From Pelagomonas calceolata (taxonomy: Eukaryota): DNA of 64,000 bases. The stretch lies in NCBI GenBank assembly GCA_918797485.1, contig CAKKNE010000006.1:682001-746000 (forward strand), read 5' to 3'. The position numbers and the translations under genes are program-made. Every line of letters begins with the position of its first letter. Positions within the stretch are counted from its first letter, which is position 1. This document shows positions 1 through 11,821 of this stretch, piece after piece. A model generated the notes under the pieces. It was given only the letters and a program-made list of their open reading frames with translations. It did not search any database and was not told the origin of the DNA.

Positions 1-110
1 CGCTCCGCGTCCGCGAAACGCAGCCGTAGCTGGTGGTGGGAGTGTGGCGTAAGAATTATCCTGAGCAGTGAGAAGTATCAGCAACAATTATCACACGTTA
101 AACTAGCCCC

Positions 111-3100
111 TCACTCCATCGCGCTCGTATTCACCAGCCGGTAGTACGCCACGTCCGCCGCCGCGTCCTTCAAACCGCGGATGAACGACGGCCGGTCGTC
201 CGCCCGCGCCCACAGCACGGCCCGCTTCTGGCCGTCGTCCAATCCCTCTAAAGAAGCGATGCGCTGGGGCAGGAAACTCCCGAAGAATCCTGCTAAATCG
301 GGGGCCGCGAGGCGATGTAAGAGTGCCGCGGCCTCATCTCCTAACAAGGCATGCCTTCCATCCAACAGCGCGCCCAATAAAGCGTCGCAGAGCGGCGCGC
401 GCCATCTCTCAACAAACGGTTGAAAATCGAATAGCCGACGTTTTTCATCAGCATCTCTGAGCGCGGATAAAGAAGCCTCCACACACCTCGGCGGCAAATC
501 ATCCCCTCTAGCAGCAAAACAACACAGGTCGCACAACGCATGAAATAAGCGCGCAGCCCTTTCGTCCACGAGCACCGCCGGCGCCGTCGCCTGCAGGAGC
601 TGCTCCTGCGGGGTGGTCGCCTGTGTGGAAATCAAAATTTGACGGCACGTTTCGTCCTCCACGCCATCGACGCGACGCCTGCTCGATACTGGTTGATTTC
701 CACACAGGTGGTCGCGTTGTTCGGTCGTCGCACGAACGCCGCCCATCGATCCACCAGCAATCGCCTCGACGTTTCTAGGAGAGGTGGTAAGAGATCAGGC
801 GCATATTGCGAATTCCTCGACAGCAAAGCGCAGTGGTCCAATAGCAAAGCACACAGATCGAGCGCCGCGGACTGCGCGCCTCGACCCTGGCACGCGGCCC
901 TTCCCACCACAATGGTCGATTGCACAACCGCCACACAGGCATTCCGCGGCGGCACGGTCGACTGGTTCTCCGACAGCAGCTGGGCCTGGGGCCGCGTCGC
1001 GTCCAGGGCCGCGCGCAGGAACGTCGCGGACGACAGAGCGGCATCGCCGCCGGCCTCGGGGTCGAGCTTGGCCGCACACGCGTTCAGGTCGGCGAGCGCT
1101 GTTGCTAACGCTAGGTGAGGTGCCCTAGATGCCGCTACTTGCCTCGCGATGTTGGGCGGAGCTGTGCGATCCGGCTGCGGTTGCAACGCGCGAGCGGCGG
1201 CATACGCAAGTAGGCGCGGCGTCACGGCTAAAGCGGTTTGTAAGCTCTGTCGAAATGGTGATCTCACTCCATCCTTGAAGGCGCCGGCACATAAAGCTGC
1301 TAGAGCTCGCGCGCCGCCTCGTGCGAGATTCAAGGTCTGTACGTCCAACGCGTCCGCAGCAAACAAAACCGAGTCCTCCACGTTCAGAAGCTTCTGCGAC
1401 GCGTCGGCGAGGGGTGCCACGAGCGGCGCCGCTAATATAGCGTCCGCCTCCTGCCCCGCCGCCGTGTGGACGACCAGAGCCGCTCGCAGCGCCAACGCGC
1501 GCGCGGGCGCACAAACGCGTCTCGCAGCTCCCGCCGCGCCCGCCGCCGCTAGAGCTCTCAATTTTTCAGATCGACCGAGCCACGGCGCTGATGCCGACGC
1601 CTTGGCCACCGCTAATACCAACCACGCGGCACAGCGAGCTAAAGGTTCTGGGGCCGGGACTACTTGGTCGTCTAAGGCCGCGAAGGCCGCGCTTAATACG
1701 CCGTCTATCAATGAAAGTGATTGGTCGCCCGTCGTCGCGGCGCAGGCCGGCGCGAGGGCTCGTAACGCATCGAGCGCCGCACATCCAAGCGCCAAATGCG
1801 CGGGCCCGAGCGAGTGCGCTCGATTCGCGATGCAGGTCTGTGCTAGAGACGCTACAGCTTCAGTCGCTCTGTACAGTTCTGGAGAGGCCGGTGCCGCCGC
1901 AGCTAACACGTAGAGGGACGTCGCGGCGTCGACCGCGCCCGACCGACATGAGGGAGGCGGTCCGTTCTGGCACTCTTCGGGGGGCGGTAAGGCCTTCGGT
2001 ATGGCCGACTCTAACGCCGTTAAAGCAGCTTGGCACAAAGCAGCCGCAGCTTTTGCGGAGAGAGGCCCGCGACACGCTTGCGAACACAACTTGTGACCGT
2101 CCACGAGTAAGCCTCGCAACTCCCCACCATCACCTTTCACGCGCGCCTCGCCACCCAACGCCGGTTGTGACGGACTACCACCAGAAAGTTCCTCGAGGAG
2201 GTCCTCGTCGTTGTCGTGCGCCTCGTCTTTTTCTTCTCGGTCGCTGTCGTCGTCGGCCTGGAGGTCACTCAAAGCCTCGCCGTTGTTCTCGAACAGGCAT
2301 CGATCCCTGAAAAACGCCACCACAACATCCACGATACCCGACGCGAGGGCGTCCGGACATGTGTCTCGTTCACCGAGGTACGCTACGAGTGTATCCCAGG
2401 GCCGCAAGTTCCGCCTCAAAGTTCTTGGATTGGCCGCTCTCGAAAACAACACACGAGCTAACAAACCCAACAACTCGGCCACCGGAAAGTCGGGCCTTTG
2501 CGAAATGCGCGGCACGTGCAGCTCGACGAACGTACTCACAAGTTCAGAGGTGGCGGCTAAAACGTCCTCCTGGTCCTCGCCATCGTCGTAGGAGTCTAGG
2601 GCCGACGCCAATGTTCGCAATAGCCCTAATACTAACGCCCCCACTTCATCGATGAAACCGTTTATGTCCGGTGGGATAAGGTTTTTCGAGAGGATCGCGT
2701 CGAGCGCTCGCGCCGCCGCGTCGCCACAGAACGTTTTACTGCGAAGATCTTCATCTATTAACTGCACTAATGTTCTCAATAAGTCTCGCGTGACATAACC
2801 CTTGAGCGGCGCCCAGGCCACTAAGGTTTCGAGGCATTTCAGAGCACTTTGCATCGCGTCGGCGTCCTTTTCTACTAACACATCACATAGTAAAGCTACA
2901 ATTTGCGGTAGCCTCATTGCTACTCCTTCTTTTAGTTCTCGGCCCCGTTTCACGGGAATCTTCGAACCAGAACAGAATTCCTCGGCACAAAGAGCTAGTA
3001 GATCCAATCCTAGCGTCTTCGTATCAGTGGAGAGCGCTGTTCTACAGATCTCGTCGAGGTAGTCGGGCAGTTCGGCGGGCCAAGACTCTTTGCCGACGTC

Positions 3101-3514
3101 CACGTAGACCTTCTGCAGTCGCGTGGCGATGGCTCTTGGTAATTTCGGCCTTCTCCCGGCCGCGGCGTCGACGAGGACGCCTCGGGAATTGGCAGGGTCG
3201 AACAACGCGGTCCTTACGGCGGCTCGGCCCTCGGCGCCGACGCGTTCCGACCCGAAGCCGACGCGCACGGCCTCCTCTAAAACCGACGCGGAAAAGTAGG
3301 TCACGTAGTACTCGGCGCCGTGCGACGCGTCGACGGCGCGCGGCGGCGTGAGCCACAACAAGGCGTCGCGCCAGGCGTGCGGCGCGGCGCGTCGTCTATT
3401 CAATTCTTGGTCGAGCCAGGCCTTCTGGGCGGGGTCGCGGCCTTCGTAGAAGGCCGTCAAGAGGTCGGCCCACTCCTTGAGGCGGGCCTGGACGGCGGCG
3501 TCGAGCTCGGCCAT
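111..3514 (-). CDS. XPO6: Exportin-6-like karyopherin, 2 exons (3514-716, 620-111)
   Basis: HEAT-like helical protein (SWPAELPDYLDEI...LGLDLLALCAEE...ELKEGVAMRLPQI). C-terminus DRPSF..L.....DVAYYRLVN resembles the XPO6 tail. Removing intron 621-715 joins ORFs 632..3757 and 111..746 in frame (RRPNN|ATTPQEQ). Start chosen at MAELD (3514). Confidence 0.7.
613..715. mobile_element. Introner element (non-autonomous TIR transposon forming a GC-AG intron, 621-715 on minus strand)
   Basis: Perfect 15-bp TIRs CTGTGTGGAAATCAA (621-635) / TTGATTTCCACACAG (693-707) flanked by a perfect 8-bp direct repeat GTGGTCGC (613-620, 708-715). Confidence 0.95.
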
Positions 3515-3710
3515 CTGTGCTGTGTTTTTTTGATCGGCGCGCCCGGCGTCGGCGAGATTGGCAGTGGCTGTCCCAGCTCTCTTTGTGTGATGAGTGGCGA
3601 CGCGTGCCCTTGCACCGTTGCGCTCGGGGCTACTTGTGGTGCTGGCAAACCAGCTCTTTTGCAGTGCCTCCGCTGCGCGCAAAAATGGCAGCGTCGCGGC
3701 CAAAAGTGAG

Positions 3711-3732
3711 CTAGCGTCTTGTAAGACACTAG
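3711..3732. promoter_or_regulatory. Recurrent promoter element CTAGCGTCTTGTAAGACACTAG
   Basis: Lies between divergent ATGs 3514 and 3831; same motif recurs in many other promoters of the window. Confidence 0.75.
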
Positions 3733-3830
3733 CCAAATCACGACGCGGCTTTTGCAAGCCAATTGATCCTCATCTCGCAGCTATCAGGCCTCGCCGAGCA
3801 GCGGCGGCTCGCCTCGAAGGCCAGCTCAGC

Positions 3831-3977
3831 ATGGCTGAAAAGTTTGACGACGAAGACGAGGTCGGCACGGGCCTCTACGTGCTCATCGGCTGTGCAGCCG
3901 TGACCGTGGTCCTCATGTATTCGTGGATCGGCTACACGCTCTACCAGGGCTTCAAGGCGCGGCGCAAAGTCGATTAA
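3831..3977 (+). CDS. Small single-pass membrane protein (48 aa)
   Basis: MAEKFDDEDEVGTGLYVLIGCAAVTVVLMYSWIGYTLYQGFKARRKVD: acidic N-terminus, hydrophobic helix, basic C-terminus; GC3-rich codons; downstream of the promoter motif. Confidence 0.5.
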   Translation: MAEKFDDEDEVGTGLYVLIGCAAVTVVLMYSWIGYTLYQGFKARRKVD

Positions 3978-4750
3978 TGGATTGCAGCATCTGTCTCGAC
4001 GCGCTCGACAGCGGTGTGGTGGCGCTCCCCTGTGGCCACCGCTTCCACGCCGCGTGCCTCGCGCAGTGTGCTGCGGCGGTGGGCACGGCTGCGACCACGT
4101 CCCGGCGCGGCACGCTGACGGCGTGCCCGAACTGTCGCACAACTTCGCGCGTCGCGCCATATAAGCCTGCTGCGTATGACGTCGGTGATCGCGTTAGTGC
4201 GCTGTGGGGTTACAAGTGGTACCCGGGCGTCGTCGACGAAGTGCTCGAGGGCGGCTACAAAGTCGCCTGGGACGATGGCGACGAGGGTGAGGTGCCCGCT
4301 GCCCACGTCCGGGCCGAACAGCTCACGGTCGACGTCGATGTGCCGGCGGCGCGCGACGCTAGCCCGCCGGCGGTGGTGACGCCGCGGGCAGCGCTGCCAG
4401 TCGAGCCTTTGTCGCCGGCTCGGCCACCGCCCTCGCCGCTGCCGACATACCCCGCCTGGATCTTCGAATCGCCGCTCGAGCAGCGTGAGCCTGGGTCGCA
4501 CGTCGATCTGTCGCCGGCCGTCCGGCGTGCGGCCGTTGCTGAGTACCGCGAGCTGCTGGTGGGGCGCTCGCGGCCTGCGCCGGGTGCATCTACAGCTCTC
4601 GCGGCGCGCTATGGCATCACTCCTCGATCCATACAACGATGGAACGAAACGCTGCGCAAAGCCGAGGCCAAAGGGGAGGACCCGGTCAAAGCATTGGAGT
4701 CCCAGCGCTTCGGTAGGTCGCCAACCAACAAAGTCGGGGCCCACTCTTGA
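3977..4750 (+). CDS. RING finger + Tudor/Agenet-like + C-terminal HTH-like protein
   Basis: CSICLD...LPCGHRFHAAC...CPNC (RING-H2); VGDRVSALWGYKWYPGVV...YKVAWDDGD (Tudor-like); ALAARYGITPRSIQRW (HTH-like). Confidence 0.75.
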   Translation: MDCSICLDALDSGVVALPCGHRFHAACLAQCAAAVGTAATTSRRGTLTACPNCRTTSRVAPYKPAAYDVGDRVSALWGYKWYPGVVDEVLEGGYKVAWDDGDEGEVPAAHVRAEQLTVDVDVPAARDASPPAVVTPRAALPVEPLSPARPPPSPLPTYPAWIFESPLEQREPGSHVDLSPAVRRAAVAEYRELLVGRSRPAPGASTALAARYGITPRSIQRWNETLRKAEAKGEDPVKALESQRFGRSPTNKVGAHS

Positions 4751-5095
4751 ACAGAGACGAAGCCGCCGGCCTGAGCCGTGCGGCGCGCGGCAGCGTCGTC
4801 CGTCGGCGCCACCTAGATAGCTCCGTAGATTAAGTGATATATGTAAAACTGATGCGGCCGGATGCGTCTCTCACTTTCGCTGAGTGGCCCGATTTTTGCG
4901 GCCTCTACTATGAGCCTGGTGCGCTGGTGCTTGCCGTCGCTGTTTGCGGAGCCGCGGCGGTCCTCGAGACCTCGAGAGTGACTCATAAGCACGCTCAAAA
5001 GACCGGCCGACTGCGCCGCGACAACCGCGAGGCGCGCCGCCAATTTTATCAATATAGCTCAAGACTTAGTTACTACCAGCAAGAGAGCGACAGTA

Positions 5096-6091
5096 ATGCA
5101 GAGCTCCATCTGCCTAGAGGACGTCGACGAGGGCGGCCCGGCCTCTACGGAGCGGGACGGCCAACCGCCCGCGAACGAGCCCCCACCCGTAACGGCCAAC
5201 TTCGAGCCGCCGCCGGCACCCCCCAAATCAGGCCCCTTGAAGCCCGAGGCGTTTTTGGCGCGGCAACGCCAGCTCGGGAGCCTCGGCGGGAAGTGCGCCG
5301 GTTCTGTCGGCGAGAACAAGTTTTTGGTGCAACTCGCCGTCGATGGACGCGCTAGGTGTCGGGCCCGACTTTGGCCTGTGGACATAGATTTCATGCCTCG
5401 TGCCTGGCACGCCTCGCGGGCGCTAACGGCACGACGCCGACGAGACGCGGCGCGCTCACGACGTGCCCGAACTGCCGCACGGTCTCACGAGTGGCGGTGA
5501 CGCCCGTCGCGGCCCTCGGCGTCGGCGACCGCGTGGACGCCTTGTGGGGACAACGATGGTATCCGGGCGTCGTGGACGCGGTCGCTGACGGCGGCCGCGC
5601 CTACGAAATCGTGTTTGACGACGGCGACGAGGGTGAGGTGCCGGCTGCCCATGTCCGGGCCGAACAGCTCACGGTCGACATCGACGCGCCGTGGACGCGC
5701 GCCGGCGCCGAAGGTGATTGTCGACCCCGAGGCGCCAAGACTCTATGCGGCGGAGGCCGCGGCCCACGGCAAAAATTGTACTGGGGATGACGACGGTCGA
5801 CGACGTGGCGCAGGTCGCGAGGCGCTCGAGGCACGGCTTCCGCCAGCGCCGAAGGAAAAAGTGATCAAGTGGAAGCTGTCGGGATGCACGGTCGCGGTCA
5901 CGCCGGTGATGGTGCCCGAAGCAAGCCGTGTGCCGCCGAAGAAGCCTCGCTTTGTTCAGAGGTGCGTTGAGGGAGCCAGGTCGAAAGCGAACGGCAAGTG
6001 GTCCAGCCAACATTTCCCCGGCCGCGAGTTTGACGACCTCGACGCGTACCGCGCGGCGAAGAAGCAGCGTGTGGCACAGAAGTACCGCTGA
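5096..6091 (+). pseudogene. Disrupted paralog of the RING-Tudor gene
   Basis: Collinear with 3977..4750, but the first RING Cys is Ser, a 227-bp insertion splits the RING, and there is an apparent frameshift near 5700 between ORFs 5356..5790 and 5615..6091. Confidence 0.6.
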
Positions 6092-6125
6092 GTGACTAGT
6101 TTAAGACATTATGTATATAACACAA

Positions 6126-7974
6126 CTACGAAGCGGGCGCCTCCGCCGGCTCCACGCGATCGAGCACCGCCAGAGGCCGCTCCGCCGCGGCAAGCTTCCG
6201 CGCGTCCACTTCATCCGCGTCCTCATCACCACCCTGGCCGAACTCGTTGATCCTCGATTTATCGATCGGATAAATCCACCGCTGATACAACGTCGCCAGA
6301 AAAATCACGTCATCTCTGAGACAAGCTAATCGACGAAGGGTCGGCTGCTTGATGATAAATGCAAAAATATCATCGATAAATGTGTTGAGAGATTTGTAGA
6401 CCATGGCCCGCCACGGCAGATGCGCCACAGATCTTAATCTATAATTAATGTACAGCTGCGGCGTCATCATGACAAAACCGAAGGCGTAAATAAAACCCAC
6501 AGCCGACGACACGAGCCACGAGTACCAGCCCTTGTGGAGGTCCGTGACTAGTGAATAACAAGAGTAGCCTACGAGGAGCGGCGCCAACGAGTACATTAAG
6601 TGACTTGTAGCCACGTCGTCGTAGGCCTTCGTCGGGCTCTCGGCGTAGGACTCCTCCAGTCGTATGGAACCGTTCTCCCACGTCACAGCTTTGGTGAGCT
6701 TCCAGATTTCTGTTAACAAACCCATACCACTCGAGAACAGGACCATCCACGACGTATCGTTATCTAGGAGATACAGCATCACTATAAGTTGGCAGAGGGC
6801 GTTCCAGGCGATGGTCCGAGCGCTAAGACCAACGAGCGTCTTTTTATTCCTCCAAAAAGAGACGTTGTTGCGGAACGCGAGGAACTCAAAGACTGTGTGA
6901 AGTATGGATACGATAAAAGTGACCACGAGCACCCAGGGCTGCGTTTCCAGGAGCATCTCCCGCAGCATGTCGTTCTCTCCATCGCTCCCCATGCCGAGCT
7001 TGGCCTGCTGCCGCCAGGACTGCTCCATCGAGGACTTGAGCTGCCACCTGCGTGGGAACGACTCTCTGGCGGCCGCGTCGACGGCGTCGCGGCGATTCAA
7101 GTTCATTTTCTGCGCCGAGTCGCTACTTGATCGTTCCATCGATCTCGAAGGAACACGTCAGATTTAACGCTTCTACCGTGTCGTTGACCGGCACGAGCAA
7201 CTTGTGGAGGAGCCAGAACTCGTCCTTGTGGAGCGGGGGGAGGTAGTCTCCACTATTGTCGAAGGTCAATAAACGACTGATGGGGTCGGGAATGCCGCCC
7301 CTCGGGAACTGGGGCGGCAGCATCGGTATGCGCACATCTAATGAAGGCTTCCAGTGGATCACGGGGCGGTCGTCATATTCAGCTTCCTCTGCCGCTTCGT
7401 CGAGCAGCGACCGGCCCTTCTTTCCTCGCGGGAGTTGCTTGTACGTCGTCAGTTCGTGGACGGAGTGCATGTCGTACGTAGAGCAGCACGTCTCATTGGC
7501 CGTCGCGAAGAGGTGTAAATATATAGTTTGGTTATTCCACACCCTTTGTAGGCACTCGGACGCGTTGTGCCGCCACAGCTGCAGGGTCACAGTCCTAGCA
7601 TTACTAGAGTCGAAGGAGTAGTCCAGATCACCTTCGGACCACAACGCCGTCAAATCATCAGTAGCGTTCGAACAGCCGTAAAACGCGTGCAGCCAGAAAC
7701 GATGGCGCTCGCCCCACGTATTCATATGAGGCGGCAGCCGCACACCGTCCATATCGTGCGACGCGAAGCGCGGCGCCGGCGGCGGCTGCTCCGGCATTTT
7801 GGACTTGGCCCACTTCTCGAAGTCGGACGGTTCGCGCTCCTCGATTGGCGCGCCCGGGGCGGTTTGCGGCGCGCCGAAGAGTAGGCGCGTCATGGACTGC
7901 GTGATGAGGAAGATCATGACGACTCGTTGTAAGCCGAAGCCGTTGTCCGGTTGCTCTTCCTCTGCTTCGGCCAT
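6126..7974 (-). CDS. CLPTM1: CLPTM1 family membrane protein, 2 exons (intron 7048-7126)
   Basis: Motifs LHTVFEFLAFRNNVSFW, MMTPQLYINYRLRSVAHLPW, YKSLNTFIDDIFAF, YQRWIYPIDKSRINEFG. Splicing gives the conserved IK|WQL junction. Confidence 0.93.
7048..7126 (-). mobile_element. Degenerate introner-derived GT-AG intron
   Basis: Restores the CLPTM1 frame. 5' GTAGCGACT-CGGCGCAGAAAATGAA and 3' TTCCCACGCAG resemble the TIRs; internal CGCCGTCGACGCG core. Confidence 0.7.
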
Positions 7975-8444
7975 CGTGTTTTGCGGCGCGGCGACTGGCG
8001 TCTTGGCTGTGGGCTACCTGGTGGGCTGTGGCAAGCCGTACGTATGAAAGGCGGCCTCGTACCACACGTGTGGATACTCTGCGGCGTAAGAACAGCACAG
8101 GTGCAAGCTCAAGATGCACAGCGGCGACGCGCGGCGGCTCGACGACAGCGAAACCTAGCGTGACACATACTAACCACAAGCGCTGTTTGCCCAACGCGCC
8201 GGAGCCGCGCCCCGGCCAGCCAAGAGGCAGCCCCCGCCCGCGAGGAGGCCCCAGCAGCAGCTCCAAGAGCCCTGCCGTCAAGGCTTCGCCGGAGGCCACG
8301 CCCGGCGGCGCCCACTGGGGTGAACAACAGCAGCCCCAAGGCGGCAGCTCCAGGAGCCCTGCGCGCGCGAGGCAGGAGTCCCCACGTACCCCACGCAACG
8401 CCCGCAGCACCCCAGGACGCCGTCGGCGCGACACCGCAGCCACG

Positions 8445-10624
8445 ATGGTCGCCGCGTCCGGCGACTCCAAGGGCTTCGACCTCCAGAAGCTCAACAAGTT
8501 CTCGAAGAGCGAGATCCTCGACCCCTTGGTCCAGGAGGAGAAGAACCTGGCCGCGCAGCTGCGCGAAGGGCTCTCGAAGCTGCTGGATATGCACAACCCC
8601 GCCGAATTAGGCTCGTTATGCGGTGCCATGGGCCTCGTCGAGGAATGCGAGTTCGGGACCCATGCGGAAAAAAAGGCGGGAGTGTTGCGGAAAGTAGCTC
8701 AAACGGGTGCGCGCTACAATAGCACGGAGCGAGCCCACATGGAGTGCCTCGAGACGATGTGGGACGGGATTTTGTACGAGTACTTGAGGGCCGAGGGCCA
8801 GCCGCTTCGAAGTGCGAGGGTCGACCCGCGCGTGTTCACGCTGCAGATGTGGCGGAGAAGAGCGGCGTTCTCACAAGGCGGCCAGGGCATTTTTCGGCCC
8901 CACTACGTGCCTCGCATGGTGCGGATGCGCGACCAGAAGCCACCCCGAGCTGCCGATCTCGAGGGTTTACTCAGAGGAGTGGAAGCCAAGGAGCTCGCCC
9001 TGAAGCATATTGAACGGAAGGTGCGGAAGGAAAGCGACTACCGGAACGTTATACGCTTCTTGGCCGATACAACTTCCTTACACGAATTTGAGCGCGACGC
9101 GCGCGACTACCTCATGCACGAGCTCGAGAGTTGTCGGGACCGCATCGACCACTACCAGGCGTCGCTGGAGATGACGGGGGAACAGCTCGGTGAGGCCGAG
9201 TTGGTGCACGAGCGAGCTACGACTACTTTGGTCAGTCAGTTAGCTCGAGTGGAGGCTGAATTGGAGTTCCAGTACGATCTGTCAGCTATTGAGCCCGCAA
9301 CCGAGGAGCAGATGATTGTGGGAGTGCTGCGACGGTTCCTGGCCACTCCTGGTCCCATGGACGGCACGCTCACTCTAGAAGATAGCCCAGTAGCCCTACC
9401 GTCGCTAGACGACGACTGGTCCGACTCCGACGACGAACGAAGCGAATATCGACCGCCGTCCACGAGACCCGTGACGCAGGGGCGGCCTACGTCCGCCGGG
9501 AGTCGAGGGCGAGCCCCGACACCACTAGAAGGAGTACGTCCTTCTTTTGACGACTTCCAGGAGGAGACCCAGTCCGAGATCGATGAGCGAGAGTTCCGAA
9601 TCGAAGAACACCGGCGCAAGGACGACGTGAGACGGAACTGCGCGATCCGCTGTCCGAACTACGAGCAACGGGAGCCTGCGGTATTAGCTTGTTTGGCGTT
9701 TGAGAAACATCGAGGAGATGTGAACGTCATGCGGTTGCGGTGCGAGGCCGCAGAAGCGGCCTTCGACGCCCTCTACGACTGGTTCGACGAGGCCTCGGCG
9801 GACCGCGCGGCGAAGACGGCAGAGGCCTATCACGCCGGCAAACGGGGCCGCATCCTCGGTCAGCAGATCAACATGCTCATCGAGGAGGCGGCGAAGGCCG
9901 CGGCGACGCCTTTCGCGGAAGTTGAGCTGTATAAAGGCATCGCGGCTCGCGCGACGTGTGACGCGTCGGATGCTAAATCACGATTGCGGAATGCGACGCC
10001 TACTTTATTAGCTATGATCGGGGCCGACGACGGTTCGATTGCGGTCTTGGGGGCGGTGCTGTCCGTTGCTTTAGGTGCTGTGCCGTCTCGCGCGGCCGCT
10101 CTGGAGCGCCTGGAGGCGGCGACGATGGCGCGGGAAGAGTTGCACCAACGGACCGTCGACGCTTTGTTGATACCGACGCCGACCATGTCTGAGAAGAAGA
10201 AGGCTGGGAAGAAGGGTACCGCGCGGTGCCGAAATCATTTCTCGGCGCCGACGCGGCCGTGCTTGCTCAGTAGAGCTCGCACCGCCACGCCATCGAGGAG
10301 ATGTCGCGTCGATGGCGTCGCGATGAGCGGCCGTGTGGGCTCGGACGAGCGGCTGGGGGCCGGCACCGGCCCACCGTCGAGCAGACCTCGTGTCGATGGC
10401 GTCGCGATGACTTATTTGCTTTCCGCGCAGGCAAGGATAAGAAGGGCGGCAAGAAGGGTGGGAAGGGCAAAGGCAAAGGCAAGGGCGGCGGCAAAAAGGA
10501 GAAGGGTGCTAAAAAGGGGAAAGGCGGGAAAGGTGACAAGAAGGCTGCCAAAGGCAAGGCTAAGGCGAAGGGTGGCGACGGGAAAAAGAAGAAGGGTGCC
10601 AAGAAGGGCAAGAAGAAAAAGTAG
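8445..10624 (+). CDS. Uncharacterised coiled-coil protein with Lys/Gly-rich tail, 2 exons (intron 10216-10430)
   Basis: Long ORF from MVAASGDSK. Splicing G|GTACC...CGCAG|GC joins KKAGKKG to KDKKGGKKGG... of ORF 10301..10624. Confidence 0.7.
10216..10430 (+). mobile_element. Degenerate introner-derived intron (215 bp)
   Basis: GT + 6 nt, then CGGTGCCGAAATCA (TIR-like); ends TTGCTTTCCGCGCAG; two copies of GTCGATGGCGTCGCGATGA inside. Confidence 0.75.
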
Positions 10625-10892
10625 CCGCTGTGTAAAAAAATTGCTTAGAGCTAGGCCGCCTAGCCGTACTTCTAGCCGCGGACCGCCGCAGGGTCTGCGT
10701 GACCGCACGCCCGCCCCGCCCCCGGCCCTCATACGTCGTCGCCCCGGGTGTTAGCTCGGAGGCGACGACGGCGAGCGGGGGAGCAGGCCGACGCCGGAAT
10801 CCCAAGGCCGCGACGGTGGTGCATCGGGGGAAACTTGAAATTCAAAAACAACTAGAATTAGGCCACCCTTCCTGGGAAAGGGCAACAACAAC

Positions 10893-11510
10893 TCACGCGA
10901 CGCGCACGCGGATCTCGCACTTCTGCTGCGCCGTGAAGCCCATCGCGTCGAGGTCCTCGTCTTCGAGCAGGGCCAAGTCGGAGACGCGCCGCGCTCCCAA
11001 GGATTTGAGAGCCTTCGCGTAGACCCCGAGGCCCCTCCTATCGAGCCACATCTCCAAATGATCCCGCGGCGGCTCCAACACGGGCACGAGCCGGTCGATC
11101 CGATCTAAAATCGCGGAGGGCGTCACGACCCCCTTTGACGAGGAAAAGGACACCCGCGGCGCGAAGCGCTCGCCACTATCGGTCACGCGCACGTAGGAGT
11201 CGCTCCAGGACACGTCCGGCGCCGCGACTTCCGCGGACTCGCGCGCCAGTACTAACTCTCGAGAGCGCCTCATGGACACCCACGAGTCGCGCAGCTCCTC
11301 GAAGCTCGCCCGCTTCGGCGGCGTCTCCATCGAATCGCGGCGCCGCGGGTCCGAGTCCCGCACGTGACTACTCACGCGCCGCCGCCGCGGCGTCGTCGGC
11401 GGGGAGACGCCGCCCGCGCGCGGCAGCAGCAGGCTCGGCTCGTCGAGCGCCTCGGCGTCCATCGCCGCGGCGTCCGCCGGCCAGCGGTCGGCCGGCGCGA
11501 GGCAGGCCAT
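10893..11510 (-). CDS. Protein with C-terminal SAM domain
   Basis: LEMWLDRRGLGVYAKALKSLG...DLALLEDEDLDAMGF fits a SAM consensus; start codon uncertain. Confidence 0.7.
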   Translation of the reverse strand: MACLAPADRWPADAAAMDAEALDEPSLLLPRAGGVSPPTTPRRRRVSSHVRDSDPRRRDSMETPPKRASFEELRDSWVSMRRSRELVLARESAEVAAPDVSWSDSYVRVTDSGERFAPRVSFSSSKGVVTPSAILDRIDRLVPVLEPPRDHLEMWLDRRGLGVYAKALKSLGARRVSDLALLEDEDLDAMGFTAQQKCEIRVRVA

Positions 11511-11821
11511 TTGAGCAGCTTTGGGCAGCAGGGGTGCCAAATAGGGCTTTGCTCCCCAAACCACGGGGAGCTGCTTGGCCTCGCGGCTCGTGGGCCTACG
11601 GCCGCCGCGTCGCCGGTGCTCGCGGGCGTAGAGGGGCTGCCCGCGCCCCGATTTCGCAGTCCAATCTTCGAGGCGGCGGCGCGCGCGAGATGAGCAAGAT
11701 GGAGAGGGGGGGTCCGCGCGCGCGCCGCATCCGCCGGGGCCAGGCCTCGGGGCAGTCCTGGAACGGGATCCCGCACCGCTGCCATCACCACGGTCCACGC
11801 GCAACAACTCGAATTAAAAAC

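Noticed and set aside
10431..10624. Lys/Gly-rich purine repeat as a histone H1-like gene or satellite
   Set aside because: It is the spliced last exon of the 8445..10624 gene; similar basic tails occur on other proteins here.
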